DNA of 64,000 nt from a virus: IMG/VR virus record IMGVR_UViG_3300032285_001177; one strand, 5' to 3'. The notes under the pieces were generated by a model. That model searched no databases. It worked only from the letters and a program-made list of their open reading frames with translations, and was not told the DNA's origin. Shown here one piece after another: positions 50,588 to 60,996 of the stretch. The position numbers were made by a program, and so were the translations under genes. Each line of letters begins with the position of its first letter. The stretch's first letter is position 1.

Positions 50588-53500
50588 TTAACTATCCAAT
50601 GCAATCACTCTAAGATCTCTTAGTCTTGGAGTATTTGCAGCATAAGATGATAACATTACTATCTTAATCTGGAATGAGTTAAACCTTGGAGATATTGGGT
50701 TATCTTGAGGTATACTGTTAACGATCGCTCCAGGTGGGAAGTATCTGTGTTCTTTAAAGTCAAAGCTTGATGTAGAGTTAGCTACTGCACTTTCCAAGTT
50801 CATCAACACCCATTGTTCATTAGTTATTGGTGTATTCTTTTCTGCAGGTAAAGTTCTGTAGTATACTTTAACATCAGTGCCAGTAGGCTTATTAATATCA
50901 ACTGTTACACAGATATTAGATGCTTCGAATCCAGATGCAAGGTTAACTACTTTACTGATATACTTAGCTGTAGCTGAACCACCAACAGTGATACCAGCTT
51001 CTGTGCTTGCATTATTATTAATATCATTGAGTGCTGTTATAGCAGCTACAGTTGCTGCATCAATAGTAGGAGATACTTCATACTTAGTAGCAACTGTTGG
51101 ATCAAGAGACATCTCAGCACGCAACCTTAATGTATTGTTAGCATGTCCTGCTGCAGCATCGATAGCTCTGATAGTGTCATAGTTAATATCTTGGTTCATG
51201 TTTAATGGAACCCAATCAGAATCATATGATGTACCACCATAGTATGTTCTTGCAGACCATGTGATTGATGTACCAGTTGGTAAGATAGAAGACACATTTG
51301 CTTGTAATGTATGATAGTTTCTTAAAGCATCTGGATCTTGGATATCAAACTCAGCGTATCCAGTAGATGAACTAAACACACATCTATTCAATGTAAACTT
51401 AAGATCTTTATTTTGATCTGGTTCCCATGTAGAGGCATTTTGTGATTTAAACAATGAGCCAATGTATGGTTGTTTGTCGATCTTACCACCAGGATTTACT
51501 GCATAGGTAGATGGTATGGTGTCACCAATATTTGCAACGAATACTTGATACTCTTGTGTGTTAGCTAATAATACGATAGAGTAATCACCAGGAGCAAGAT
51601 GTATTGGGTTATCAAATTTAAACTTAGTTGCCACTGAACCATTTTCAGAAACACTAACATCAGAAGCTTTTAACTGTACTGATGAGAATGGTATGGTTGG
51701 TACAGATTCTGGATAACCATTAACGTTGTTTCTGATCTGCAACTCAACTGGAACAGTATTAGATTTAGATTTAAAGTAGATATCTACTGAAGATAGGTGT
51801 AGACCTAATGGGAAATCATTCTCATAGATAACGAATGATTCTGCAATAGGATCATAGTAACCAACTTCTGTTGTAGTCTTTGTATTTTGGAGTAAACGTG
51901 TTGTAAGTATTGTTCTTTGCTTAGTTTGGATCTCACCAATAGCTGTATACTTAGCTTCGCCGATCGACTCTTCTAGTTGAACGTTGTTAGCTGAGTTGTC
52001 AATCAAACGAATAGTTCTTTCACCAGTCTTGAATGTATTAGCTGGGATATCAAACTCAAAGCCAAGATTACCAAACTCATCTGGAACTAAATCTGCGCCA
52101 AGGCTATACGTATGTACAGCTGTAATTAATGCTGATGTACCACTCTTAGAACCAACTACATATTTGCCAGTGTACGACGCTACAGAACCTGACTCACCGC
52201 TGATAGTTAATAGGTATTTGGTTGGATCTGCAGTTGTAGCTTGAGAGAATATAGCAACATTAGCTGTTACACCAGTAGCTACTCCACCTGCAGCTAATGA
52301 ATGGAATGTTAATCCTTCATATACGCCTTGTCTGTCATCAAATCCTGTACCAACAAGTGTACTAATCTCTAATACAGTTAGAGGTTTAACATATGATGTG
52401 ATAGCAGTATTCTCAACGAATGGGTATAGTTTAGCTTTAGGTTTAAATAGTTTACCGATACCAAGAACTTTACTTGCTCTGATGAATGGAACCATTTGAA
52501 CGTCAACAACTGTTGTACCCAACGTTGCAGTAGATGTGCCAAGTACGTTTGTACCAAATGTTACGGTTGTGCTTGCAACATGCCATGGATGGCCGCCTGC
52601 TTCTGAATGGAAACGTGTTGCATTGTTATCGATACGAACATCTTGTTCCATTACACCTGGAACTACAGAGTCAACGACTAAGTTTGTATCTGGTAAGTAT
52701 GTTGTATCAATCCATGTATCAAATGATGGTTCAAGTCTGATAGTACCGATGAATCGAATAACGTTAAATGGGTTAACATTGATATATTGAGAAGCTAATG
52801 GTTGTACGATAGCTGGTGTCTCAGTATATGTTAATGTGATTAGATCGCCGTTTCTTTCTGTGTTTGTTAAAGCATCAGTCACAACATCAAATTGATGAAA
52901 CTCCACGGTGAATGGTGCTCTTAACTCTTGGTTTAATGGATCAATAGCTGCATAGAAATCAATATTAGATGCATCAGCTAATGAGTTTGCATTGTAGTTT
53001 GTAGATGATACGTTCCATGTATTTGAACCATTGAACCATGCATTCCACCAACCCCAACGACGTGTGGCCCATGTGCTAGCATTAAAGATGTCAGCTGATG
53101 TAAATGGATCTGTAGCAAAGCCGTTCTTAAACTTCTCTTTAGTATTAGCGTCAGCTACTGATGTATCCTTAGCTTGTTTTTCAAGCAATGATAGCTGTGT
53201 GTAGTACTCTAAGTTTGCTATACGTTTTTCAAGTCTACCGATATCACGCATAGTATATCTACGATTATCAAAGTATTTAACTGAGATATCACGTACGTTT
53301 GCTGTGTATGGAGGGATGATGACAGCAAATATAGTCATGCCGTTTGATTCATCAATCGGTGGTTGTGGATATAGAGAAGGATTACCCTTCTTAATAGTAA
53401 ACGATTTATCTGCAGTAGCGATGATCTTATCGATACGACCTAAGTAGTATTGATAAGTTGAGATCATATTACTTACAGGAGAAGGGATCTGCTCATACTC

Positions 53501-55954
53501 AACCGCAGTAGTTGCTGCAGCTAAACTCTTTGTAGTGTTAGTAGTATAGTTAATAGTAGAGAGATCAATATCAGAACGTCTTGGTCTAAAGTCAATACAA
53601 TCTCTTAGCGTATATGTAACTCCAGATGCAGGATCTGTAAATGATGGGATACTACCATAAGGGATACTACCATAAGAATCAACTGATAGATAGCCATAAC
53701 CAAGACCACCATCATGTTTATAGTTTCTATATACTACTAACAAGTAGTTTGTATCTGTTGGTGGTGAACCGCTTAATACGATAGTGCCATGATCATACTT
53801 CTCAGCACGTTGGCCGTTATCAAGAGTATATCTTGATGTCACATCAGTATGTGATACTCCACCCCATGCAAGTACACCTGTACCAGCATTAATAGTAACT
53901 GCGCTTGGGACAGTTGAACCAGTATTATAAACTCCATAGATATTTTCAATATCAGAAGCTCCTAATGTATCTGAACCGCCAGTTGTAGTATTTAAACCAC
54001 CAGTAGATCCAGAACCTAAGATAGCGATATTATAACCTGATAAAGATTTTGTTTTTTCTATTTGATGTCTAGCATTAATAGTAACAGTAATGTCTAAAGT
54101 ACCAGCAAAAGTATTATCGCCTATATCAAAGTGAATAGTTTGACCTGCACTATCACTAGCTGGAGTATCAACAGTTACTATCCTTGATTCTGCTCCGTGC
54201 CAATTAACTACTTCACCTACAGCGTATCCGCTACTAGTAGTTGATGTAATAACAAAATGATAGTACGTTGCCTTTTCTAGATCTGTTAAAGTACCGCTTC
54301 CTTGGAATCTTTCAAGTGGATTACTGTTTGTAATACTTGCTAAACCGCCACCTCCAGAACCAAATGTAACTGAGTATACACGTTGGAATGTGTATTCTGT
54401 TTGCGATACTGGTGGAGCACTTGTATCCCTAATAGTTTTTATGAATTGATTAGGCATTGGGAATACTAAACCTGGGCTATCTGCGCCAGATAAGTACATT
54501 GCACCAGATGCACCAACAACAGCATCACCTGTAGGACCAGCTACTCCACCGGCTTTACTTAGTGTTGTAATATTAGCACCAGCAAGAACAGATGAACCAG
54601 ATCTAACAACTATAGACTCAGTGTTATATAAGTATTTTCCAGAATTAATTACTATGTCATACAAGTACATCTTATAGACAGCAGTAATGCCTGTTGCTCC
54701 AGCTGTGCCGATTACGCCTGAATCATAGCTTAAGAACCTAACTCGAGCTGTACCAATTCTTGTTGATGTTCCAGATACGCTTCCGTGTGGAACGTTATGC
54801 AACTCTACAGCAGTATAGCTAGTATGATCTGTAGTATTAGTTTTAAATGAACCCTTTAATGTATCAACTAATGCATAGTTACCATATGTTAAGTCAGTTG
54901 AAACTAAAGATGCAGTATCAGTTTCTCTTGCGCGATCTAATGTTAAGAATGTTTGAGATATAGTTTCATATTCAAAGCCCTTAACGTATGCTTTACCTGG
55001 ATCCAATGATACTGTAAATGCACCTGATGCACCAGCAACATCATCTGTAATATGGATAGGCCATGCTTTAACTGTGTAGTCACCTGATTCATCAGATGTT
55101 CTACGAGCCATCTCTTTACCAATCTCAGAGTATACTGTCGTTGCTTTATTTGTAACCAATGCACCGTTCTCTACACGGGCAATCTCAATGAAGTTTGTAG
55201 ATGTGGCACCTGTTGCACCTGTGATGATGCTTCTGATCTCTAATGTTAGGTATGCTTTGTATCTGTCTGCACCAGGAGCTGCATAGTTTGGTGATTCCTG
55301 AGCTAAGTCAAATAATGATTCACCATCAGCAGAGTCTGTAGTAGTGATCTCTTCGTTTAATACAAGACCGATGCTGTGTGAAGATGTGTTATCATACTTA
55401 GCAACTGGGATACTTTGTGCTTCAAGGTAGATAAACTTACCATCTACAAAGAATACACCAGAATCAATAGAGAAGTTCATTGCTGAGTTAAATGCACCTG
55501 AACTTTGGATGGTTGCATAGTATGCAGTGCCAGAAGTATAGATCGTTTCTGCAAGATCAAATGCTGTGCCTGAAGTGATCTTAACTAATAGTGTTTTTGG
55601 GTTACCGTCTGAATCGATATCAGCTACAGACTTAACTACTGCTTGTGTTCCTGTGGTATTACCAATGATAGTCTTACCAACAAACTTTGTGATATCAACC
55701 GTAGATCCAAGATAAGATGAATTGAGTTTAATTGAAAGGAGAGTGTTCTCAAAGAGTCTATTACCACCTAACACCAATGATCCATTGACAAATATGTTCT
55801 TACCAAACTTATTGATTTGGTCTGATAGTTCTGTCTGGAGCTGTGTTAGTTCACGGGCTTGAACAGCATATCCTGGTTTAAATAAGATTCGATGATAGTT
55901 CTTGGTCTCATCGAAGTCATCATAGTAAGGACTGATATTGAAGTTAATTGCCAT
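50588..55954 (-). CDS. VrlC-like (DUF4815-type) large virion structural protein
   Basis: NISPYYDDFD...RILFKPGYAVQARELTQLQ, APGADRYK, ARRTSDESGDY, DCIDFRP, RRYTMRDIGRLEKRI, GSLFKSQNASTW, PRLRDLRVIAL. Confidence 0.88.
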   Translation of the reverse strand: MAINFNISPYYDDFDETKNYHRILFKPGYAVQARELTQLQTELSDQINKFGKNIFVNGSLVLGGNRLFENTLLSIKLNSSYLGSTVDITKFVGKTIIGNTTGTQAVVKSVADIDSDGNPKTLLVKITSGTAFDLAETIYTSGTAYYATIQSSGAFNSAMNFSIDSGVFFVDGKFIYLEAQSIPVAKYDNTSSHSIGLVLNEEITTTDSADGESLFDLAQESPNYAAPGADRYKAYLTLEIRSIITGATGATSTNFIEIARVENGALVTNKATTVYSEIGKEMARRTSDESGDYTVKAWPIHITDDVAGASGAFTVSLDPGKAYVKGFEYETISQTFLTLDRARETDTASLVSTDLTYGNYALVDTLKGSFKTNTTDHTSYTAVELHNVPHGSVSGTSTRIGTARVRFLSYDSGVIGTAGATGITAVYKMYLYDIVINSGKYLYNTESIVVRSGSSVLAGANITTLSKAGGVAGPTGDAVVGASGAMYLSGADSPGLVFPMPNQFIKTIRDTSAPPVSQTEYTFQRVYSVTFGSGGGGLASITNSNPLERFQGSGTLTDLEKATYYHFVITSTTSSGYAVGEVVNWHGAESRIVTVDTPASDSAGQTIHFDIGDNTFAGTLDITVTINARHQIEKTKSLSGYNIAILGSGSTGGLNTTTGGSDTLGASDIENIYGVYNTGSTVPSAVTINAGTGVLAWGGVSHTDVTSRYTLDNGQRAEKYDHGTIVLSGSPPTDTNYLLVVYRNYKHDGGLGYGYLSVDSYGSIPYGSIPSFTDPASGVTYTLRDCIDFRPRRSDIDLSTINYTTNTTKSLAAATTAVEYEQIPSPVSNMISTYQYYLGRIDKIIATADKSFTIKKGNPSLYPQPPIDESNGMTIFAVIIPPYTANVRDISVKYFDNRRYTMRDIGRLEKRIANLEYYTQLSLLEKQAKDTSVADANTKEKFKNGFATDPFTSADIFNASTWATRRWGWWNAWFNGSNTWNVSSTNYNANSLADASNIDFYAAIDPLNQELRAPFTVEFHQFDVVTDALTNTERNGDLITLTYTETPAIVQPLASQYINVNPFNVIRFIGTIRLEPSFDTWIDTTYLPDTNLVVDSVVPGVMEQDVRIDNNATRFHSEAGGHPWHVASTTVTFGTNVLGTSTATLGTTVVDVQMVPFIRASKVLGIGKLFKPKAKLYPFVENTAITSYVKPLTVLEISTLVGTGFDDRQGVYEGLTFHSLAAGGVATGVTANVAIFSQATTADPTKYLLTISGESGSVASYTGKYVVGSKSGTSALITAVHTYSLGADLVPDEFGNLGFEFDIPANTFKTGERTIRLIDNSANNVQLEESIGEAKYTAIGEIQTKQRTILTTRLLQNTKTTTEVGYYDPIAESFVIYENDFPLGLHLSSVDIYFKSKSNTVPVELQIRNNVNGYPESVPTIPFSSVQLKASDVSVSENGSVATKFKFDNPIHLAPGDYSIVLLANTQEYQVFVANIGDTIPSTYAVNPGGKIDKQPYIGSLFKSQNASTWEPDQNKDLKFTLNRCVFSSSTGYAEFDIQDPDALRNYHTLQANVSSILPTGTSITWSARTYYGGTSYDSDWVPLNMNQDINYDTIRAIDAAAGHANNTLRLRAEMSLDPTVATKYEVSPTIDAATVAAITALNDINNNASTEAGITVGGSATAKYISKVVNLASGFEASNICVTVDINKPTGTDVKVYYRTLPAEKNTPITNEQWVLMNLESAVANSTSSFDFKEHRYFPPGAIVNSIPQDNPISPRFNSFQIKIVMLSSYAANTPRLRDLRVIALDS

Positions 55955-55980
55955 GTTTAGAGTCTTCCAATTATTTTATA

Positions 55981-55988
55981 TATTTATA
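55981..55988 (-). promoter_or_regulatory. Late promoter upstream of the VrlC-like gene
   Basis: Exact TATAAATA overlapping the gp8 stop. Confidence 0.75.
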
Positions 55989-58770
55989 CGGTTAAAACGG
56001 TTCTTACTGTAATAATTTGTTCAGCTGTAGGTGAATATGGTTCTCTTACTGAGAACATCAAGAAGTCACCCGAGAACTGGTCAATAGTCCTTTCGGTCAC
56101 GCTTGTTACCACGATGTTTTGTGAAGGAATTGTAGGAGTAGTTAAACCACCATCTGTAGGGTCTGTAACTAAAAGATCTCCAATGTTTACACTAAAGTTA
56201 TTAAACACTGAAAGTAAGATTTGGGTATCATTAAAGTCAACTACACGATACTTCTTATAGCCATCTTTTAATAGTAACATGTCATGTTGTAACAATGTCT
56301 TATCAAACTGAGCAGTTACTAATACACATCCAGAACCAACATCATCAGTAAACTTGATGTTTTGACCATGCTTCTTAAAGTTACGTACTAAACCTACCTT
56401 ACGGTAATCGTTGTTGATCTCGATACCTTGGTTCTTATCTTTTGAGATAGATGTATAGAAAGCTAAAGAGTTAGCGTTTAACTCATCGATAGCATTTGAA
56501 CCATGACCACCCAATGGAGACATGATTGCTCTTACAGATGCTGTGCCATCATTACCATCATTTCCTATTACTTGAACATCTGTCCAAGTATAATCTCTTC
56601 CAGGATTTGTTATGTTTATTGCAACCACTTTACCACCAGAACATACTGCCTCAGCTGTAGCTCCTGTGCCGTCACCTAAGATATTAACAGTAGCTGTACC
56701 ATATCCAGACCCAGGAGTTACAACTTTAATTGCTTCGATAGTTCCTGGAACTGCAAGTAGTTCTACGTTTGCTTGAAGTGTATTAACATTACCTGTACTA
56801 AAATCAACATCTAGTTCTGCGCCTGATCCAGAGCCTGAAGAGTCAATGATTGTTATGTTAGCTATTGAGTAACCTACACCGCCATTTACAATACTGCAGC
56901 CAAAGATCTCCCCGCCTGTACCTAGTATTGCTGTAGCTGTTGCAGCTCCTGATACCATAGTAAGCTTATGAGAAGAACCTACACCAGCTGAGATATTAAG
57001 AGGAGTTCCAGCTTGAGCATGTAATAGCGAATCTGCTAGTTGGATATTATTCTCATCGATCTTAATGACATAGTATGTATGAGTAGTAGTTAAACCACCC
57101 ACAGAAGTTCCACCGCCGTTGGTATAGACTACTACATCACCAGTTACTAGTTTGTGTCCGTTATATGTGATATATTCTAATGTGCCGTTAACTGCAGTTG
57201 CACCGTTAAACGTTTTAACTGGAGTAGTTATAGTTACTGTTGGAGCTGAAGTATATCCAGAACCAACTTCTGTCATACGTATGATATATACGCCATTGTT
57301 TGATAGTGCATCGATAACACCAGTAGAGGTAGTGCCACTTGGAGGATCTGAGAACGTAACTGTTGGGATCTCGGTATACTTTGTACCATGATAAGTCATC
57401 AAGTTAGTGTATACACTTGTCACGCCGGGGGTAATAAAATTAGCTAAAGATATTTGTGCTTCTGTCTTTATTTGAGTAGGTACGATGATTGCATCTTTTG
57501 CAACGAATGTTAACTCTGCAGCGCCGTTCATCATAGCACCCGATGTATGTGTAGGTGCAGATGTGCCTGAAGTACCTTGTACAGTAACTTGATAGTAGTA
57601 TGTACCAGACTTGATAACTTTATCTTTTACCATGAGCGTTGATGCTGTCCATACTGCATCAATTGGAACCGGTGCACTTACGGTGATGCTAGCAGCAGGA
57701 GATCCTTGATATCCATATCCAGCACTAACTAAAGCTGCTGTATCAACGTGGTCACCAGAAAGTGTTGCTCCGGCAACAGCTGTAGTACCAACGTATTTAA
57801 GTTGACATGATCCGTTTGCTCGTACGATATCATCTGTATGAACTGGACCAGATGAACCTAATTGTGTACCTGAAACAACGTAGTAGAAGTTGTCTACACC
57901 TAAGTTTGTATATTTTATATGACTTCCAACTGGTACAGCTAGATTAGCTGACCATGTTATGTAAGATTCGAATGGTGGCGAAACTGTAAGTGTAATACTA
58001 CCTGTGTAACCAGATCCAGCATCAGCTATTGTTACTCCAGATAATACATAAGGATTTCCTTCTAAATAACCGTTACCAGTAACAACAGCAGTTGTTGTTG
58101 CAGGATTATAGCCTTTGCCGCCGCTCTTAACGATTATCTTATTGATATCACCATTAGAAAAGAAGTTTGAGTTTAATGCTGTAGTTACAGGCATGTAAGT
58201 TGCTGATAAGAACTTATTCCTTAATGATACAGGAATAGTATACATGAACTTCCACTTATAACCATCGGATGTAAAGAATGGAGTTGTACCAGTGCCAACA
58301 GGCATTACTGTGGACTTAGCATTATTATTGTTGTCAAGGCATTTATATACGTTATGATCAGATGTTAAAACATAAAATAATGAATCTTCTAATCTAACTG
58401 CTCCGTAATAACCTACTACGTTTGCACCATCGCCAGAAGTGGTTGAGTAAGCATCATCATACATATCATAAACTGTATTATACGTCCAGTCGATACGTTT
58501 AACTACGTATGATACATCAGATGGTTTAATCTTCTTTGCGGTAAGGATGTCTCTGCGTACATGTAACTCATATCTAAAATTATCAGAAGGTTGACCTGGA
58601 TAGTCTCCAGTTGAAGACGGTATGAATGGACTTAGAAAATCTGTCCATGGATTTTCTTTACCAAACCAATGATAGTAAGTAGCTGTCTTAGATATTACTT
58701 CATTGTAGATAGCATCAGCTATCGTCTTCTTAAACTTCTGTTTAAATATTGAGTACGATGTAGTTGTCAT
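55984..58770 (-). CDS. gp8: Baseplate wedge protein, expanded by inserted modules
   Basis: RIDWTYNTVYDMYDD, FYVLTSDHNVYKCLDNN, DGYKWKFMY, SPLGGHGSNAIDEL, NDYRKVGLVRN; 928 aa. Confidence 0.88.
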   Translation of the reverse strand: MTTTSYSIFKQKFKKTIADAIYNEVISKTATYYHWFGKENPWTDFLSPFIPSSTGDYPGQPSDNFRYELHVRRDILTAKKIKPSDVSYVVKRIDWTYNTVYDMYDDAYSTTSGDGANVVGYYGAVRLEDSLFYVLTSDHNVYKCLDNNNNAKSTVMPVGTGTTPFFTSDGYKWKFMYTIPVSLRNKFLSATYMPVTTALNSNFFSNGDINKIIVKSGGKGYNPATTTAVVTGNGYLEGNPYVLSGVTIADAGSGYTGSITLTVSPPFESYITWSANLAVPVGSHIKYTNLGVDNFYYVVSGTQLGSSGPVHTDDIVRANGSCQLKYVGTTAVAGATLSGDHVDTAALVSAGYGYQGSPAASITVSAPVPIDAVWTASTLMVKDKVIKSGTYYYQVTVQGTSGTSAPTHTSGAMMNGAAELTFVAKDAIIVPTQIKTEAQISLANFITPGVTSVYTNLMTYHGTKYTEIPTVTFSDPPSGTTSTGVIDALSNNGVYIIRMTEVGSGYTSAPTVTITTPVKTFNGATAVNGTLEYITYNGHKLVTGDVVVYTNGGGTSVGGLTTTHTYYVIKIDENNIQLADSLLHAQAGTPLNISAGVGSSHKLTMVSGAATATAILGTGGEIFGCSIVNGGVGYSIANITIIDSSGSGSGAELDVDFSTGNVNTLQANVELLAVPGTIEAIKVVTPGSGYGTATVNILGDGTGATAEAVCSGGKVVAINITNPGRDYTWTDVQVIGNDGNDGTASVRAIMSPLGGHGSNAIDELNANSLAFYTSISKDKNQGIEINNDYRKVGLVRNFKKHGQNIKFTDDVGSGCVLVTAQFDKTLLQHDMLLLKDGYKKYRVVDFNDTQILLSVFNNFSVNIGDLLVTDPTDGGLTTPTIPSQNIVVTSVTERTIDQFSGDFLMFSVREPYSPTAEQIITVRTVLTV

Positions 58771-58774
58771 TTAA

Positions 58775-59488
58775 TTATCCTACGGATACTACCCATGAAA
58801 TTGAGATTGCTTGTGTACCAGTTTTTGTTATAACTGGGAATGTTGTTCTAGCTAACATAGTACCATAAGCCAATTTATGATTTGTTCCTACGCCGTCTGT
58901 AATAGGTATAGCTACTGGAGATCCAGCTGTTGCATCTGTATATGATAATGCTAATTTGAATGTGTTTGTACCAGTCTTAATAACATAATAAGAGTTACCT
59001 GTTGTTAAGCCAACTACAGAAGTTCCACCACCGTTTGTATAAGTTACCTTGTCACCAGTATTAAAACCATGGCTTGCATATGTTATGACATGGGTTGATG
59101 AATCAACAGCATTAACTGAATCAAACGTTACAACTGATGAAGCGCCTTTATTAAAGATACCTGCTTCACGGATAGAGTGAGTAGATGAATCAGCTGGGAA
59201 TAAAGCAGTAAACGTTGTATTTGTACCAGCTGGAGTAGTAGCTGAGCATGCAACACGTTGTACTTCATTAACTAATGACGTATTAGTCAAAGCACTAACT
59301 GAAGAGTCATCACCTATGCTCATGTATCCCATTGCATCATATGCAGTACCAACCATACGAGATGCCATGAATTCTTTACCAGCAGTTACAACTAGGTTTG
59401 GGACCTCAGTTTGATATACTAGAGTACCGTCCGCTTCGAACTTTTGTATTAACAGACGACCTGTTAATGTTATGCTGTCTTTTAACAT
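58775..59488 (-). CDS. Baseplate-region structural protein
   Basis: NLVVTAGKEFMASRM...IREAGIFN...MLARTTFPVITK...ISWVV, interrupted by an HGFNTGDKVTY module. Confidence 0.7.
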   Translation of the reverse strand: MLKDSITLTGRLLIQKFEADGTLVYQTEVPNLVVTAGKEFMASRMVGTAYDAMGYMSIGDDSSVSALTNTSLVNEVQRVACSATTPAGTNTTFTALFPADSSTHSIREAGIFNKGASSVVTFDSVNAVDSSTHVITYASHGFNTGDKVTYTNGGGTSVVGLTTGNSYYVIKTGTNTFKLALSYTDATAGSPVAIPITDGVGTNHKLAYGTMLARTTFPVITKTGTQAISISWVVSVG

Positions 59489-59499
59489 TTTTGCTCCTA

Positions 59500-60996
59500 T
59501 TATCCTGTAAACGGCGCTGATACCGGTGGATTAAATTGTTGATCTGGTATTGAGTAATCTTGACCAGCATATGGATCTACAGAAGATCTGCCGCCTGAGT
59601 CTGTAAGGATTACATTATCGTTAGTTATAGTCTTATTTATAGTAGTAAATGTGGCTTTAGATATCCATTGCTCTAATTCTTGTATAGCAGTGGTAGCTGG
59701 GTTAAACTCATTTTGGATCTGATACTCAGCAAATAAAGCAGTTCCTGCAGGATGTAAGTATGACTTAATAAGTGACTTAAAGTTATCAAGCTTCTCATCT
59801 ACGGTAATCAAGTATGAATACTTTTGATACCTATAGCTGTCTTGAATATACATGTCATCATCAAGGAACCCATCATTTGTATTATAATGGCCTTGATACT
59901 TAGCTACTGCACCTATGTTAAACTTAATTAACACATAGTTTGGGTGTGTACCTTGTTCATTGATAGATTGTTGATAGAACTGTTGTAGGTATGTAGCAGC
60001 ATAAGTTGGATCAGTATATTCAAGCACTACATAGTCTGGTGTTAAGACATAACCATAATCTGCATAACTGTCTATCTTAGTATCATTTGCTATAGAGTAT
60101 TGTGAAGTAAATGCTCCAGTTGCTCCTTCTCTTCGGCCGATACTGATGTTAGAGTTTCCTACTGTAGTGCCACTTGTTTGTAGTAAGAAGAAGTCGCTAT
60201 CATATCCATATCCAAAGTCAAGCGTAACAAAGTTAACTAACCCACCAACCAACGGATTCGCTGGATCTGGATTGATCTTAGTTACCTTAAGTCTTTGTGT
60301 TATGAACTTGCCTTGAGATACTGTTGTACCAGTAATAATTTGACCTACTTTAAATCCTGTTCCGGGTAACTCAACAGAATATGATACAGTTGTAGGTAAT
60401 ATGGTACCAGCAACAGAACCAAACTCTATACTATAACCTACTTCGATCTTTCCATAATAGTACCGATCGATGAATATTTCCCATACATTATCTTCACGGT
60501 AAACTACCTTGTTAACGAATACTTTGATCCGTTGGTTTGCACCTAAGATAGTGATACGATTTCCTGGTAATGTATTTGCATCTCCGTTTGTAATGTTAAC
60601 AAAGATCGACATGTCTTGCTGCCATTTACCATCAGATGCTTTAAGTACTTGATCCCATGGATAAGATACAGAAGCCGTCTTACCATATAATAGTTTAAAT
60701 AAAAACTTATATGAAGCTTCTCCGCCTTTTGCTAGTAATACCTCTTTAACTTTTCTAAGGAATAATCTTTCGTTAATATTAGTGTATGCGCCACCAAAGA
60801 TATCAAGTTCATTCTTAAAGTACTGTATGAACGAATCAAGGGTTTTATCTATATCCCTTAACTCAGTTATATTGCGTTGTTCTGTTTGATCTAAGTATTC
60901 ATAGTATGCTTCTATGAATGCAACGAATAGAGGGTAGTCTTCCCTTGCAAATTCTGGGATCTGTTTAGATACTACTGATTTTAAATCTATGGACAT
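59500..60996 (-). CDS. Baseplate wedge initiator, gp7-like
   Basis: QIPEFAREDYPLFVAFIEAYYEYL, KGGEASYKFLFKLLYG, LKASDGKW, IQDSYRYQKYSY, LHPAG; between gp6 and gp8. Confidence 0.8.
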   Translation of the reverse strand: MSIDLKSVVSKQIPEFAREDYPLFVAFIEAYYEYLDQTEQRNITELRDIDKTLDSFIQYFKNELDIFGGAYTNINERLFLRKVKEVLLAKGGEASYKFLFKLLYGKTASVSYPWDQVLKASDGKWQQDMSIFVNITNGDANTLPGNRITILGANQRIKVFVNKVVYREDNVWEIFIDRYYYGKIEVGYSIEFGSVAGTILPTTVSYSVELPGTGFKVGQIITGTTVSQGKFITQRLKVTKINPDPANPLVGGLVNFVTLDFGYGYDSDFFLLQTSGTTVGNSNISIGRREGATGAFTSQYSIANDTKIDSYADYGYVLTPDYVVLEYTDPTYAATYLQQFYQQSINEQGTHPNYVLIKFNIGAVAKYQGHYNTNDGFLDDDMYIQDSYRYQKYSYLITVDEKLDNFKSLIKSYLHPAGTALFAEYQIQNEFNPATTAIQELEQWISKATFTTINKTITNDNVILTDSGGRSSVDPYAGQDYSIPDQQFNPPVSAPFTG

